A DNA stretch of 53,904 bases from an uncultured Clostridia bacterium (GCA_947632225.1 CANROM010000002.1:1-53904); one strand, 5' to 3'; counted from the stretch's first letter, positions 43,737 through 53,349 are shown. Translations and numbers: made by a program. The notes: a model not told the origin generated them from the letters alone.

Positions 43737-44357
43737 TTAAATTTTTCTTGCTTGATTTTCTTTAATAATTCCTACAAAATCTGTAGCACCCTTATTATTA
43801 CTTGTTTCTCCGCTTTTAGGTGTATAATGATATGTAGAATTTATTTGTTCTACTTCATTAAATAAATCTTTATAATTTTCTTTATTAGATTTCATCTGTT
43901 CTTCAATACCAGATACTACTTTCTCACCTTTTTCATCCAATACTATTTTAGATAAGTCAAATTTGGCAAGCAATAATTCTGGATGTTTAGCTTTTGCTTG
44001 ATATAATGCATCTTTAATAGCACCCTCTTTGATTAACCTTTCAGTTGTTTCTTTGTGTGCTTTTTCTAAAATAGCTTTCTCACTTTCATAAGCAGTTATT
44101 TTAGCTTGTAAATCTGCATTATCTCCATTATTTTTCTTTAAATCTGTTATTGTTGTATTTGCAGTATCTAAAGATGTTTTAGTATTGTCAAAATCTGTTT
44201 TTAATTGGTCATATTTTGATTTTGCAATAAATTCACCATTATTAACATTAACAATACTTACTTTTTTATCCTTATCGACTTTCTCGTTATAAGAACTAAC
44301 TTTTGCTTTGACTTGTTCAAATAAGTCATCTCCTAAAATTTCTTTTAAGAACTCCAT
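43737..44357 (-). CDS. Scaffolding protein (GP20-like)
   Basis: 206 aa, helical, MEFLKEILGDDLFEQVKAKV; sits upstream of the capsid gene. Confidence 0.7.
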   Translation of the reverse strand: MEFLKEILGDDLFEQVKAKVSSYNEKVDKDKKVSIVNVNNGEFIAKSKYDQLKTDFDNTKTSLDTANTTITDLKKNNGDNADLQAKITAYESEKAILEKAHKETTERLIKEGAIKDALYQAKAKHPELLLAKFDLSKIVLDEKGEKVVSGIEEQMKSNKENYKDLFNEVEQINSTYHYTPKSGETSNNKGATDFVGIIKENQARKI

Positions 44358-44473
44358 TTTTACCCCTTTCCGTTACTATTTCTGTAACTAAAAATTATTT
44401 ATCGCTATTTCTGCGACATTGTATTTGCTTTTTCAAGCATAAAAAATAGACAGTTTAATGTCATGTCTAGGAC

Positions 44474-44500
44474 ATAAAAATAAGACGTATTTCTACGTCT
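44474..44500 (-). terminator. Terminator inside the head module
   Basis: 7-bp stem agacgta/tacgtct (44483-44489 / 44494-44500), followed on the minus strand by T5. Confidence 0.5.
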
Positions 44501-44630
44501 TTAAAATTATATATAGGTTAAGATTTGCACCTAATATAACTATCTTCACTGGCTTACCGACAACTTCCAATAGTCTTTAAGTGTTTAATGTCTACCTATT
44601 CCATCACTACATATTATATATTATTAAATT

Positions 44631-44933
44631 TTAATGCCTAATTGTCGTAATACTTCCATTTTTCAACTCAACTTTATCACCTATTTTATATCTTATATTT
44701 TTTCCTTTGATTGCTTTTTCCAATTCATGATTTTCATTATCTTCTACAATTTCCCACTTACCAAACTTGTTAACATCTTCTAATGATGATGGCTTAGTGC
44801 TAGAATAAAGGTAATCTTTACCACTATCATCTATTACTCTAAACATATCGTCTTCTATTGCAATTACTTCATATATTTTTCCATTTGTAAGTCCCTCTAC
44901 TCCAAAACTTTCTCCAATATATTTAACTCTCAT
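44631..44933 (-). CDS. Small beta-rich protein translationally coupled to MuF (candidate immunity or partner protein)
   Basis: 100 aa; the ATG overlaps the MuF stop (ATGA at 44930-44933). Confidence 0.6.
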   Translation of the reverse strand: MRVKYIGESFGVEGLTNGKIYEVIAIEDDMFRVIDDSGKDYLYSSTKPSSLEDVNKFGKWEIVEDNENHELEKAIKGKNIRYKIGDKVELKNGSITTIRH

Positions 44934-46312
44934 TTTAAAGTCTTTCCTTTCAATTTAAAATCATATTTTCCATATTTTCTATGTTCTACCCAATGTATAT
45001 CAAATATATATTTATCACTTTCTATCTTTCCGACCTTTTTCATCCATTCTTGTGCTTTTCCGCCAAATGCTTGTGCATATTTGTTCGCACTTCTAAAAAC
45101 CGTCTGTGTTTCTCTTCCTGCAATGATATATACATTAGATATTATAGCATTTTTGGGGATAAAATTCAACTTACCTATTTCATCATAAAATCCTAATTGT
45201 TTCTCTAGTATACTGCTTTGTACTGATTTTGTCTTAGGTAAATTAGGATTAACATAATATTTCTTATATTGTTCTGGAGCATATTGCATAGACCATTCTT
45301 TGTATTTTATATCTTGTGAAATTAGCATTGTTTTACCATTTTCATTTCTAGCTCTTCTTTGTAAATCTTCTATATTATTATCATCAAATTCAGCAACAGT
45401 AGTACATCGGTCATTTGGATGTATTGGTGGGCAATTCTTTCCAGCTTTTGCCTCTTTAACTTTAAAAACTTTTTTATCCAGTTCAGCACAATGTTTGCAT
45501 GTTATCTTATCTAAAGTTGCTATAAACTGGTATTCCTCTATTCCAAGTTCTTCATATGATAGCATTTCTGCTTGATTAGCAAAATAATTAGTTTCTGTTC
45601 TAACTAATCTAGTAGCACTATATAATCCAACATTCATAACTTCTTTTATCTCGTTAGACATCTTTTGTATAGATTTTCCCGTCAAGTTGTCTGCTAGTAA
45701 TGCTGTACTTAGATAATTGCTTAATTTTTCATTGTTATCCCATATTCTATCAGAGTAATTTGCTTTATCATACCACTTTTTATTTAGTAATAAGTCAATC
45801 ATTCTTTTATCTAGCTGTGAAAAATTAAAGCCAATTCCCAAGCCTTTTTGAATATCAAATATATTTCTATAATATCCTTCACTAATTGTATCTACATATC
45901 TTATTTTAGTGATATCTTTTTCTATATTTGCAAGTTTTTTTAATTCAATATCAATAGTATCTTGTAATGCTTGATATCTACTAATTCTAAATGCGTATGC
46001 TGGAGCGTTATATTTAGCTAGTAGCTTCTTTTTTATATCATCATCTGTTATATCATTATCTATTACTTTTAATAGATTTTTATAGTGCGTTTCTGTTTCT
46101 CTAGTATTTAACAATTTTTCTAAAGCTTTTCTTGATAACCCAGTCTCTTTACTATAATTACTAAATATCTTAGAGATTTCTTTATTTATATTATCAGTAG
46201 CTTTATTATATACTTGTATTAAACTATTTATTGTAAATATTGTTTGTTGTTCAATATTTTTTAGCAAATCGGTACTTCTTTTTTCCCAGTATCCTTTAGG
46301 TATTCTAGCCAT
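44930..46312 (-). CDS. MuF/SPP1 gp7-family head morphogenesis protein with a ~130-aa C-terminal extension
   Basis: The core TRLVRTETNYFANQA...CKHCAELD...PPIHPNDRCT is the Mu-F motif. Extra residues 330-460 end in GGKAQEWMKKVGKIESDKYIFDIHWVEHRKYGKYDFKLKG. Confidence 0.8.
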   Translation of the reverse strand: MARIPKGYWEKRSTDLLKNIEQQTIFTINSLIQVYNKATDNINKEISKIFSNYSKETGLSRKALEKLLNTRETETHYKNLLKVIDNDITDDDIKKKLLAKYNAPAYAFRISRYQALQDTIDIELKKLANIEKDITKIRYVDTISEGYYRNIFDIQKGLGIGFNFSQLDKRMIDLLLNKKWYDKANYSDRIWDNNEKLSNYLSTALLADNLTGKSIQKMSNEIKEVMNVGLYSATRLVRTETNYFANQAEMLSYEELGIEEYQFIATLDKITCKHCAELDKKVFKVKEAKAGKNCPPIHPNDRCTTVAEFDDNNIEDLQRRARNENGKTMLISQDIKYKEWSMQYAPEQYKKYYVNPNLPKTKSVQSSILEKQLGFYDEIGKLNFIPKNAIISNVYIIAGRETQTVFRSANKYAQAFGGKAQEWMKKVGKIESDKYIFDIHWVEHRKYGKYDFKLKGKTLK

Positions 46313-46326
46313 AAAAAAAGCACCTC

Positions 46327-47694
46327 CTAATTATTGGTACCATTCTCTTCTTTATCAAAATCACCAGCACTGCCAAATATTTCTCTTTGTCTTTGCTGAG
46401 CTTTCTCTTTTTGCTTCTGTATTTTTTTTAACTCATCTTCTGGATTTTCAACCCACGGATGATTCTTTAATATTGTTTCATCAGATATTATATTAACACT
46501 ATCAGCGGCTATTTGAGCATTCTCAGAGTCATTGCTGATCATGTTCCTTGTCCATGTTTGTGTAATACTTCTTTTTTCGGCATCTGAAATTTTTAAAAAT
46601 TTCATTATGACTCTTATTAAATGATTAAGTCCTTTTTCAAACTCTATTTGTGTAAGTCCTGCCTTTAATTCCAATTTTCTATAAAAAAACTTTAATGCTA
46701 CTCCGCTTGCATTACCAAAATTCTCATTATCTTGCTGTAATGCTTGTCCACTTTCATATATTTGCTTTTTTAAAATATCAAGTATACTATTTCTGGCTTC
46801 TACAGGAATATCGATTTTTAAAGTGCTTACCCCACCTTTTGTTCCAGAAGCTGTAGTTTCTGTCTTTATAGTCTTATATCGCTTTAAATCCGATAAAAAT
46901 TCACTTAAATTTTCACCACCATAATTTTCTAATACATATATAAGTTGCTGTATATCTTCTAAGTCATTAGCATAACCACTTACGACAACGTCATAAACAT
47001 CTATTAAGTCTTTATATTTTTTTAAATCACTTACTAAATTTCTGTTATTTTTAAATTCAATAAATGGGACTTCGCCTAAATCATGAGTAAAATCTTCATA
47101 CTCTTCTGGCATATATGTTAAGCCTGCACCTTTTAAATTTCCTCTAAATTTATATTTTTCACAATGTACAGCATCCCAATATTCAAATATTACATATTCT
47201 CTTATTCTCCCTACAGTATTTTCCTCTATAACTGGATAATATCTATAAAAACCTATTAACTTTTTCTTTAGTCCTTCATCAAAAACTGGCAAACATTGCT
47301 CTGTTTCAACAACAGAGTATAAAAATTTTCCATCTTCTATCCAATAATGCAACCATCCCACTTTATTATTGGTTGCATTTGTACAAAGATACGCACATTC
47401 GCTTTTAAAATCGTCGCCTAATATTTCTTTAATTTTATTATTTATATCTATATCTCCAACATCAAATAGCACCGGATAAGTAAACATGTATGCCACTTTT
47501 TCATCTGTTATCAACTGGTGAAAATTGTGCGATATTCTATTATCTGCATTTCTAACTGGATTAGCTTCTTCTGTTAATATTCCTTTATCTTTAATTATAT
47601 TATCATTTTCGTAATATCTTTTAGCAATTTCTATTTGCCTTCTTCTTTCATAATCGTACATTATTATCATTTTTATTTTATTCACATCTAACAT
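46327..47694 (-). CDS. Portal protein (SPP1 gp6-like)
   Basis: About 455 aa after TerL. The start is taken at MLDVNKIK (RBS agaggtg). Confidence 0.8.
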   Translation of the reverse strand: MLDVNKIKMIIMYDYERRRQIEIAKRYYENDNIIKDKGILTEEANPVRNADNRISHNFHQLITDEKVAYMFTYPVLFDVGDIDINNKIKEILGDDFKSECAYLCTNATNNKVGWLHYWIEDGKFLYSVVETEQCLPVFDEGLKKKLIGFYRYYPVIEENTVGRIREYVIFEYWDAVHCEKYKFRGNLKGAGLTYMPEEYEDFTHDLGEVPFIEFKNNRNLVSDLKKYKDLIDVYDVVVSGYANDLEDIQQLIYVLENYGGENLSEFLSDLKRYKTIKTETTASGTKGGVSTLKIDIPVEARNSILDILKKQIYESGQALQQDNENFGNASGVALKFFYRKLELKAGLTQIEFEKGLNHLIRVIMKFLKISDAEKRSITQTWTRNMISNDSENAQIAADSVNIISDETILKNHPWVENPEDELKKIQKQKEKAQQRQREIFGSAGDFDKEENGTNN

Positions 47695-47705
47695 ATTTTC
47701 ACCTC

Positions 47706-48980
47706 TTATTTTAATATTGCAACACAACTGCTATTTCTAATATACCTTTCAACTGCGTACCTCATTGCGTCCATTAAATGATTAAAATCATCTATCGGTT
47801 TATTGATCTTATTGCCGAATTTATCTTCATCCCAAGTATAATTGCTTATTTCTGTTATAAAATTTACACATTTAGGATGTATTATAATTTCAAAATCTTG
47901 TATAAATTGTATTCCATTGTTTACACTATCTTTTCCTTTTACCGCACTTGTTATTCTTCTTAATCCTAATCCTTGTAATTCATCTATTGACTTTGGTTCT
48001 GCACTATCTGCAGTTATTCTTTCCTTCTCGTAACCCATTTTATATACTTTTTCATATATTTCTTTATTACTCATACCTTTTCGATATAACTCATCAAAAA
48101 CATATATTTTTTTATTTTTTAAATCTATAGCGCCACAAAAAAGTGCTGTTGGATCGTTAGTGTACCCAAAGTCTAATCCAAAAGCACTTTCTAAATTTTT
48201 TATTTTATCCAAATCAAATTTTTCTTCTTTCCAGTTTTCATAAATGACACCTTCTACTATGCCCCAATTACCTAAACCTGCAACCTGATATCTTCTGGGA
48301 TTATTTTTTTTCATCCTTTCAAATACCTTTTTATCTGCCTCATCTAACCATTCATTGCATAAATAATTAGTTGTTACTGCCAATATATCTTCATCTTTAA
48401 CATCATAGAATCTTTTCTTTATCCAATGGTGCTCATTCCATGGATTAAAGGTTAGTATTATTTGTTTAAATAAGCCTCTTGGAACTTCGCCTCTTATAGA
48501 CTCATCCAATTTATCAAAATCCTTTTCATTCATAATTTCGTAAGCCTCTTCTATCCAGCACCAACATAAGCAGCCATTTTCTACAGCAATTGATGTTATT
48601 TTGAAAGAATCATCTAAACCTCTAAAAAGTATTTTTTGTCCAGTAGGTAAATATGTTATCTCTAGTTTACTTGTTGGTTTTTCTGGATAAGCCCAATAAG
48701 AATTTACTTTCAATCTTGTGATTGCCCATATCAAATCCGCACAACAACTATCTCTTAATGTATCTTTGACTTTTCTTACTACAACTGTATTGGCTTGAGG
48801 GTATTTCATCATATTATATATTATCCATAAAGCAGTTGTCTTTGATTTCTTACTTGCTCTGCTGCCTTTTATAACCTTATATCTGCCTTTATAGTTCCAT
48901 ATTGTTCCATATCCTTTACCAACTATATCTGGCAAATATATTTCTTCATGTTTTGGACTGTCAATCTTCAAGCTTATCAT
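47706..48980 (-). CDS. Terminase large subunit (PBSX-type)
   Basis: Walker-A-like KGSRASKKSKT; 424 aa; C-terminal nuclease-like DxxHxxDAxRY. Confidence 0.85.
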   Translation of the reverse strand: MISLKIDSPKHEEIYLPDIVGKGYGTIWNYKGRYKVIKGSRASKKSKTTALWIIYNMMKYPQANTVVVRKVKDTLRDSCCADLIWAITRLKVNSYWAYPEKPTSKLEITYLPTGQKILFRGLDDSFKITSIAVENGCLCWCWIEEAYEIMNEKDFDKLDESIRGEVPRGLFKQIILTFNPWNEHHWIKKRFYDVKDEDILAVTTNYLCNEWLDEADKKVFERMKKNNPRRYQVAGLGNWGIVEGVIYENWKEEKFDLDKIKNLESAFGLDFGYTNDPTALFCGAIDLKNKKIYVFDELYRKGMSNKEIYEKVYKMGYEKERITADSAEPKSIDELQGLGLRRITSAVKGKDSVNNGIQFIQDFEIIIHPKCVNFITEISNYTWDEDKFGNKINKPIDDFNHLMDAMRYAVERYIRNSSCVAILK

Positions 48981-49410
48981 CTCCAGATATTATTATTGGA
49001 ATCATTCCTCCAACATCAATTTTTTCCCTAAAAGTTCCATATCTTTTACCTAATAATTCTGCACACCTTGTACGATCTTGCAAAGATGCATCTAATCCAA
49101 ATTGATCTTTTTCTTCTCCTCGCATCACTTTAGTTAAATATTGCAACACCTCATTTTGTGAAGCTATTCTTTCATTTTCTTTTTCTTCTAATTTATATTT
49201 TATAAAAATGTTAAGTTTTGTTAGGTTTTCATTTCCTATATTCTTTGCTGTTTTTTTACTATATCCAGCTTTTCTTGCACTTTCTGTTGCATTGGCTGTT
49301 TCTAAATAATAATCAATAAATCTTTTCTGCCTTTCAGTTAATTTATTATATTCCGTTTCATAATCAAAATTTTTAATATCTGTACTATTAACTATATTTT
49401 CCACCAGCAT
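48961..49410 (-). CDS. Terminase small subunit
   Basis: LTERQKRFIDYYLETANATESARKAGYSKKTAKNIGNENL (Terminase_2 HTH pattern). ATG at 49410 is preferred over the GTG at 49428. Confidence 0.8.
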   Translation of the reverse strand: MLVENIVNSTDIKNFDYETEYNKLTERQKRFIDYYLETANATESARKAGYSKKTAKNIGNENLTKLNIFIKYKLEEKENERIASQNEVLQYLTKVMRGEEKDQFGLDASLQDRTRCAELLGKRYGTFREKIDVGGMIPIIISGDDKLED

Positions 49411-49648
49411 CACCCTCTTGTACTTCACTTATCAAAAATTTCATCAGATCTATTTTTGAATAGCACTCATAAACTACTACATATTTTTCTTCTTTTATTG
49501 TGTTATACTTTCTCTTTAATATTTGGTATTTTACGCAATATTTTTTATTAGAATTACTGTAAAATTTAAAGCTATTTACTTTATATATATTGCCTTTCAA
49601 ACTCAACACATATAGTAAATTACTTATATTTTTATCAAAATTAACCAT
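49388..49648 (-). CDS. Hypothetical phage protein
   Basis: 86-aa ORF upstream of terS. Confidence 0.5.
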   Translation of the reverse strand: MVNFDKNISNLLYVLSLKGNIYKVNSFKFYSNSNKKYCVKYQILKRKYNTIKEEKYVVVYECYSKIDLMKFLISEVQEGDAGGKYS

Positions 49649-49708
49649 AAATATTTTTTCCTATTCAATATTATTACATCGTTTTACATTATTTATATCA
49701 ATTATCAT

Positions 49709-49849
49709 TTAAACACCTATAATTGAGTTTCCTTTTTTATGATTTTTCAGGAAATCCTTAGCACTTAAATATGTTAGTCCAATTTCTTGTTTTCCTTTTT
49801 GTACTTTTTCCACGTATTTATTTGCGCTTTCTTTTGTCCATTTTTTCAT
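49709..49849 (-). CDS. Possible 46-aa small ORF, below the track threshold
   Basis: Own translation: MKKWTKESANKYVEKVQKGKQEIGLTYLSAKDFLKNHKKGNSIIGV. The RBS is weak and the ORF overlaps the end of the 49818..50021 ORF. Confidence 0.25.
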   Translation of the reverse strand: MKKWTKESANKYVEKVQKGKQEIGLTYLSAKDFLKNHKKGNSIIGV

Positions 49850-50021
49850 AGTTTGTACATTCCTCATTTTCTATTTTTAACCTACAATTACTCTTTTTCA
49901 TTTTCTTGCAGTAGACACACTGTTCCTCTTTTATCATATCCACTTGTTGAATATATCCTTTATACATTTTATCGTATATAATTGAATTATATATGTTTTC
50001 TCTCACTTCTGAATATCTCAT
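49818..50021 (-). CDS. Small Cys-containing hypothetical phage protein
   Basis: 67 aa, CVYCKK...C...EEC. Confidence 0.4.
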   Translation of the reverse strand: MRYSEVRENIYNSIIYDKMYKGYIQQVDMIKEEQCVYCKKMKKSNCRLKIENEECTNYEKMDKRKRK

Positions 50022-50062
50022 ATTTTATCCTCTTTTATCTATTTATTTTTTTATAAACACAT

Positions 50063-50086
50063 AAAAAAGGACAGATAATTCTGTCC
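50063..50086 (-). terminator. Terminator after the late-regulator gene
   Basis: 7-bp stem ggacaga/tctgtcc (50069-50075 / 50080-50086), followed on the minus strand by T6. Confidence 0.55.
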
Positions 50087-50224
50087 CAAGAAGGTTGATA
50101 TATGAAAAATACTTTCATTATTTAGCATTCATAAATAATAAATAAGGAGAGTTTAATACATTTTTATATCTTTCTCCCCTTTTTTCCACTTATAGTATAA
50201 CACATTTAAAAGTCAAGAAAAACC

Positions 50225-50662
50225 TTATTTTTGCTGTATTTTTACTGTATTTTTATATATTTTATCCATTTTTAATACCGCAAGCCTAATTTTTTGCTCT
50301 GCTTCTTTTGACGATGCCAACCCTAATGTAGTAGCAATAGTATCGTATTCTAGTCTGTCAAAAAATCGCATTTGAACTGCTATTCTATCATTATTTTTTA
50401 ATGTTTTTAAAGCCGAATCTATTATATCTATCCTTTCCTCTATATCTTTTATCTGTGCTTCTAGCTGTTTAATTTTATCTGTTTTTGTAATGACTTGATT
50501 TTCAATATTATTATTCATGTATCCTGTAGGCCTAATGTAACCATTTATTTCAAAATTTGATCCTCCTATATTTACCTCTTTATTTAGCTCTATTCTTAAT
50601 TTTCTTTTTAATACTTTCAATGTATATTTATAATTATTATACTTTTTTAACTCTTCTTTCAT
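50225..50662 (-). CDS. Phage late-gene transcriptional regulator (sigma-70 region-4-like; ArpU/RinA type)
   Basis: The C-terminus NDRIAVQMRFFDRLEYDTIATTLGLASSKEAEQKIRLAVLKM fits a sigma r4 HTH. It sits just upstream of the packaging genes. Confidence 0.55.
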   Translation of the reverse strand: MKEELKKYNNYKYTLKVLKRKLRIELNKEVNIGGSNFEINGYIRPTGYMNNNIENQVITKTDKIKQLEAQIKDIEERIDIIDSALKTLKNNDRIAVQMRFFDRLEYDTIATTLGLASSKEAEQKIRLAVLKMDKIYKNTVKIQQK

Positions 50663-50704
50663 ATATTCCTCCTTTTTATAAAATAAATTCTTGTAATTTT
50701 TTTC

Positions 50705-50914
50705 TTAATTGTCTGAATATTTTTCTCCTTTTATTTTTTGCTTTGCTCTCCTTCTGAGACTTCTATTCATGTAATTTTTAGCCCATTTAATCCATTTTTT
50801 ACTTACACATATATATCTTTTATCATACAATCTACTTTGAAGATCATTTTCTTTTGAGCTTTTATTTAACTTTTTATACTTGATGTTTTTTAAATCATTT
50901 ATTTTTTTATACAT
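50705..50914 (-). CDS. Small basic hypothetical phage protein
   Basis: 69 aa, K/R-rich. Confidence 0.45.
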   Translation of the reverse strand: MYKKINDLKNIKYKKLNKSSKENDLQSRLYDKRYICVSKKWIKWAKNYMNRSLRRRAKQKIKGEKYSDN

Positions 50915-50931
50915 AAATTCACCTAAACTAT

Positions 50932-51363
50932 TTATTTTTTAAATAATCCTAATTCTTCCAATGTATACTCTTTGTCTAATTTCATTCCTTTATACATAGC
51001 ATTCGTTTCAAAATATGGTAAATCAAAACTATCTTCACCAGGCATTGATATACTCAAAAATTCATAAAAGTGTTTTCTTCCAACATTAAAATTTGCGCTT
51101 TTTTTAATATGCCTTACTTTATTTCTAAATGGCTTTATAACATTGCTTAAATATTTTCTTTCTTCATTATCTAATATTTCTGGTTTTACATATGTTTCTT
51201 CATAACATGGATGCTCAATTTTTAATATATTTGCATCAGGATTTAACTCCATATTTTCACTAGTAACTACTGCTGTTGTTTTAACCATCTGATTTAAATT
51301 TTTATCATAATATTCATATGTTATTCTATCTCCAACTTCTCCTATTCGATAATATTTATTCAT
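50932..51363 (-). CDS. Hypothetical phage protein
   Basis: The start is taken at MNKYYRIGE (RBS gaggagg), which overlaps the upstream stop (ATGA). Confidence 0.55.
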   Translation of the reverse strand: MNKYYRIGEVGDRITYEYYDKNLNQMVKTTAVVTSENMELNPDANILKIEHPCYEETYVKPEILDNEERKYLSNVIKPFRNKVRHIKKSANFNVGRKHFYEFLSISMPGEDSFDLPYFETNAMYKGMKLDKEYTLEELGLFKK

Positions 51364-51859
51364 AATTCTTGTTCCTCCTCGATTCCAAATTCGTATTTTA
51401 GAATCTGTTTTTTGTATTTGCATATAAAATCCTTTGCTACTTCTAATGTTTTAAAATATATAGTATTTAGTTTTCTACTAGTTAAATCATAGAATACATC
51501 TAATATTTTTCTATCAGGATCAAAATATATATAATGTTTTCTTATATAAATATTTTCAAATTCTTTCGCTGTAAATTCATAACTAGCTTCTTTTAATGCT
51601 TTTAAATAATCTGCATAATCTTGTGCTTCTTCTCTTGATTTAAAAACTTTATTGTATTTTATAATTCTTTTATCATAATCAGAATTATTTATTGTCCAAT
51701 CTATTTTTTCTATATCGCTAGTAATAAAATAATATTTTTCTCCATATTTAGGTTCCCATTTTCCCTTATTTTCTTCTAGGTTCTTAATTTCTTCTTCTAG
51801 CTTTTTATTTTAGCTTTTGTTTTATTTAATTGACTTTTTAAACTATCCAGTTTATTCAT
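51360..51859 (-). pseudogene. Phage gene interrupted by a 1-nt frameshift in an A5 run (pseudogene, sequencing error or -1 recoding)
   Basis: ATG at 51859 (RBS aaggagg) gives MNKLDSLKSQLNKTKAKIKS, then a stop. The -1 frame continues for 146 codons (LEEEIKNLEENKGKWEPKYGEKYYF...EEEQEL) with no Met and ends in ATGA coupling to the next gene. Confidence 0.6.
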
Positions 51860-52132
51860 TTAATTTTCCTCCTTAACTTTATACTTAATTACTGGCTCTG
51901 TATAAATTTCTAATAATTGTAATGGTATATTTAATTCTCTAAATGCTTTTTCTAAAGTTTCTTTACTTATACATTGCCTACCATTAAAAAAGTCTATAAA
52001 TGTTCTAGGATTTTCAAGGCCTAATTTGTCTGTAAATTCTTTCCAAGTTGAAAATCCTAATCTATCGAATCTACTTTTAAATATCCAAGCCAAATCACTT
52101 TTTATTCCTTTCATAGGTATTTTTCTACTCAT
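51860..52132 (-). CDS. Hypothetical phage protein (possible HTH)
   Basis: 90-aa ORF in a tightly packed early/middle array. Confidence 0.5.
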   Translation of the reverse strand: MSRKIPMKGIKSDLAWIFKSRFDRLGFSTWKEFTDKLGLENPRTFIDFFNGRQCISKETLEKAFRELNIPLQLLEIYTEPVIKYKVKEEN

Positions 52133-52350
52133 TTTTTACCTAACTTTCTCCCACATATTGGGCAATAATTTATTAAATATTGAAAGCTTTCAACATCTAA
52201 AACAGCTTTTCCATTTGTTTCATAGATGTGTGTTCCTCTATGATAAAACATTTCATTCCTGCTATATTGAGGAATTAGCTCTTGATAATGTTTCACTCCT
52301 TCAAAACTATCTTTATAACTTTCATCTATTTTTTCACAATATTTACACAT
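52129..52350 (-). CDS. Small zinc-ribbon phage protein
   Basis: CKYC...(52 aa)...CPICG; 73 aa. Confidence 0.5.
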   Translation of the reverse strand: MCKYCEKIDESYKDSFEGVKHYQELIPQYSRNEMFYHRGTHIYETNGKAVLDVESFQYLINYCPICGRKLGKK

Positions 52351-52781
52351 TTTTCATCCTCTACTTTCTTTTCAAAATATTGTTTTATTTCTTCATTACT
52401 TTCAAACCTAGTTTTTCCTCCAAAAGCGACTCTATTTATTGTTAAATCAAGACTTGAAATCATATCGGCCATTTCATCAATTATTTTATTTTGCTTATTA
52501 TTTTCTTGTTCTAGCTCTTTATTTCTCTCTTTTAATTGCACTTTTTCTCTAACAACATCTAAGTAACCTTTATTTTTATATTCTTCTATAAAGTCCAAAG
52601 CTTGTCTTATTGCAATTTTTGTTATATTTATTTCATCATCAACCATTATTACACTATTATATAATGCTTCTTTAATTATTAAACATGCTGATTCTATATC
52701 ATTACCTCTCAGTATATTGCTTCTAGCTTCTTCTATTTTTCTTTTTTTTATGCAATATAATATTTCTTTTTCACTTAACAT
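52326..52781 (-). CDS. Hypothetical phage protein with a central coiled coil
   Basis: 151-aa ORF. Confidence 0.5.
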   Translation of the reverse strand: MLSEKEILYCIKKRKIEEARSNILRGNDIESACLIIKEALYNSVIMVDDEINITKIAIRQALDFIEEYKNKGYLDVVREKVQLKERNKELEQENNKQNKIIDEMADMISSLDLTINRVAFGGKTRFESNEEIKQYFEKKVEDEKCVNIVKK

Positions 52782-52827
52782 TTTAATTACCTACTTTCTC
52801 TTATTTTTGCATAAGTGCATTTATTTT

Positions 52828-53112
52828 TTATTCTTTTGCCTCTTTATTAAACTCTTGTTCTTCTACAACTACATTCAAATCTTTATTATAAACATCTATA
52901 TATATTTGCTTCTTATCTCCGTTATAAGTACACTCATAATATCTTTTATTTTCTTTTACATTTTTATCACACATAGTACATTTATAATTTTGTAGTATTT
53001 TTGCAAACCATACTAAATGTATATCTTCTATTGTTAATTCTTCAGCATAATCTTTTTTTATTATTTTTATTAAAGCATTCTTACATATTTTTTCGAACTC
53101 ATAACTATTCAT
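52828..53112 (-). CDS. Hypothetical phage protein
   Basis: 94-aa ORF. Confidence 0.5.
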   Translation of the reverse strand: MNSYEFEKICKNALIKIIKKDYAEELTIEDIHLVWFAKILQNYKCTMCDKNVKENKRYYECTYNGDKKQIYIDVYNKDLNVVVEEQEFNKEAKE

Positions 53113-53349
53113 TTACTCCAACCCCTTTCAACAGTGTATCTTGCAATTTTCTTATATACTCTATATATCTGTCTGGTCTGTTCCATTTTTTCTCTTTTTC
53201 ACTAAATATTATTATTCTCATGTTATATATAATTTCATCTCGCTTTCTCAATTATTCCTGCTTGAGTTAAGTCATATATTAAATCAACTATTCATTCTAC
53301 TTTGTTACTAGATTTACTTTTTCATCTAAACTCTATTTCACGCATTATT

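Noticed and set aside
53105-53349. A 38-aa ORF (53105..53221, MRIIIFSEKEKKWNRPDRYIEYIRKLQDTLLKGVGVNE) and the ORF-free 53222..53349 stretch, considered as a small gene or ncRNA.
   Set aside because: The RBS is weak, the ORF is very short and there is no recognisable structure, so the evidence is insufficient to annotate it.
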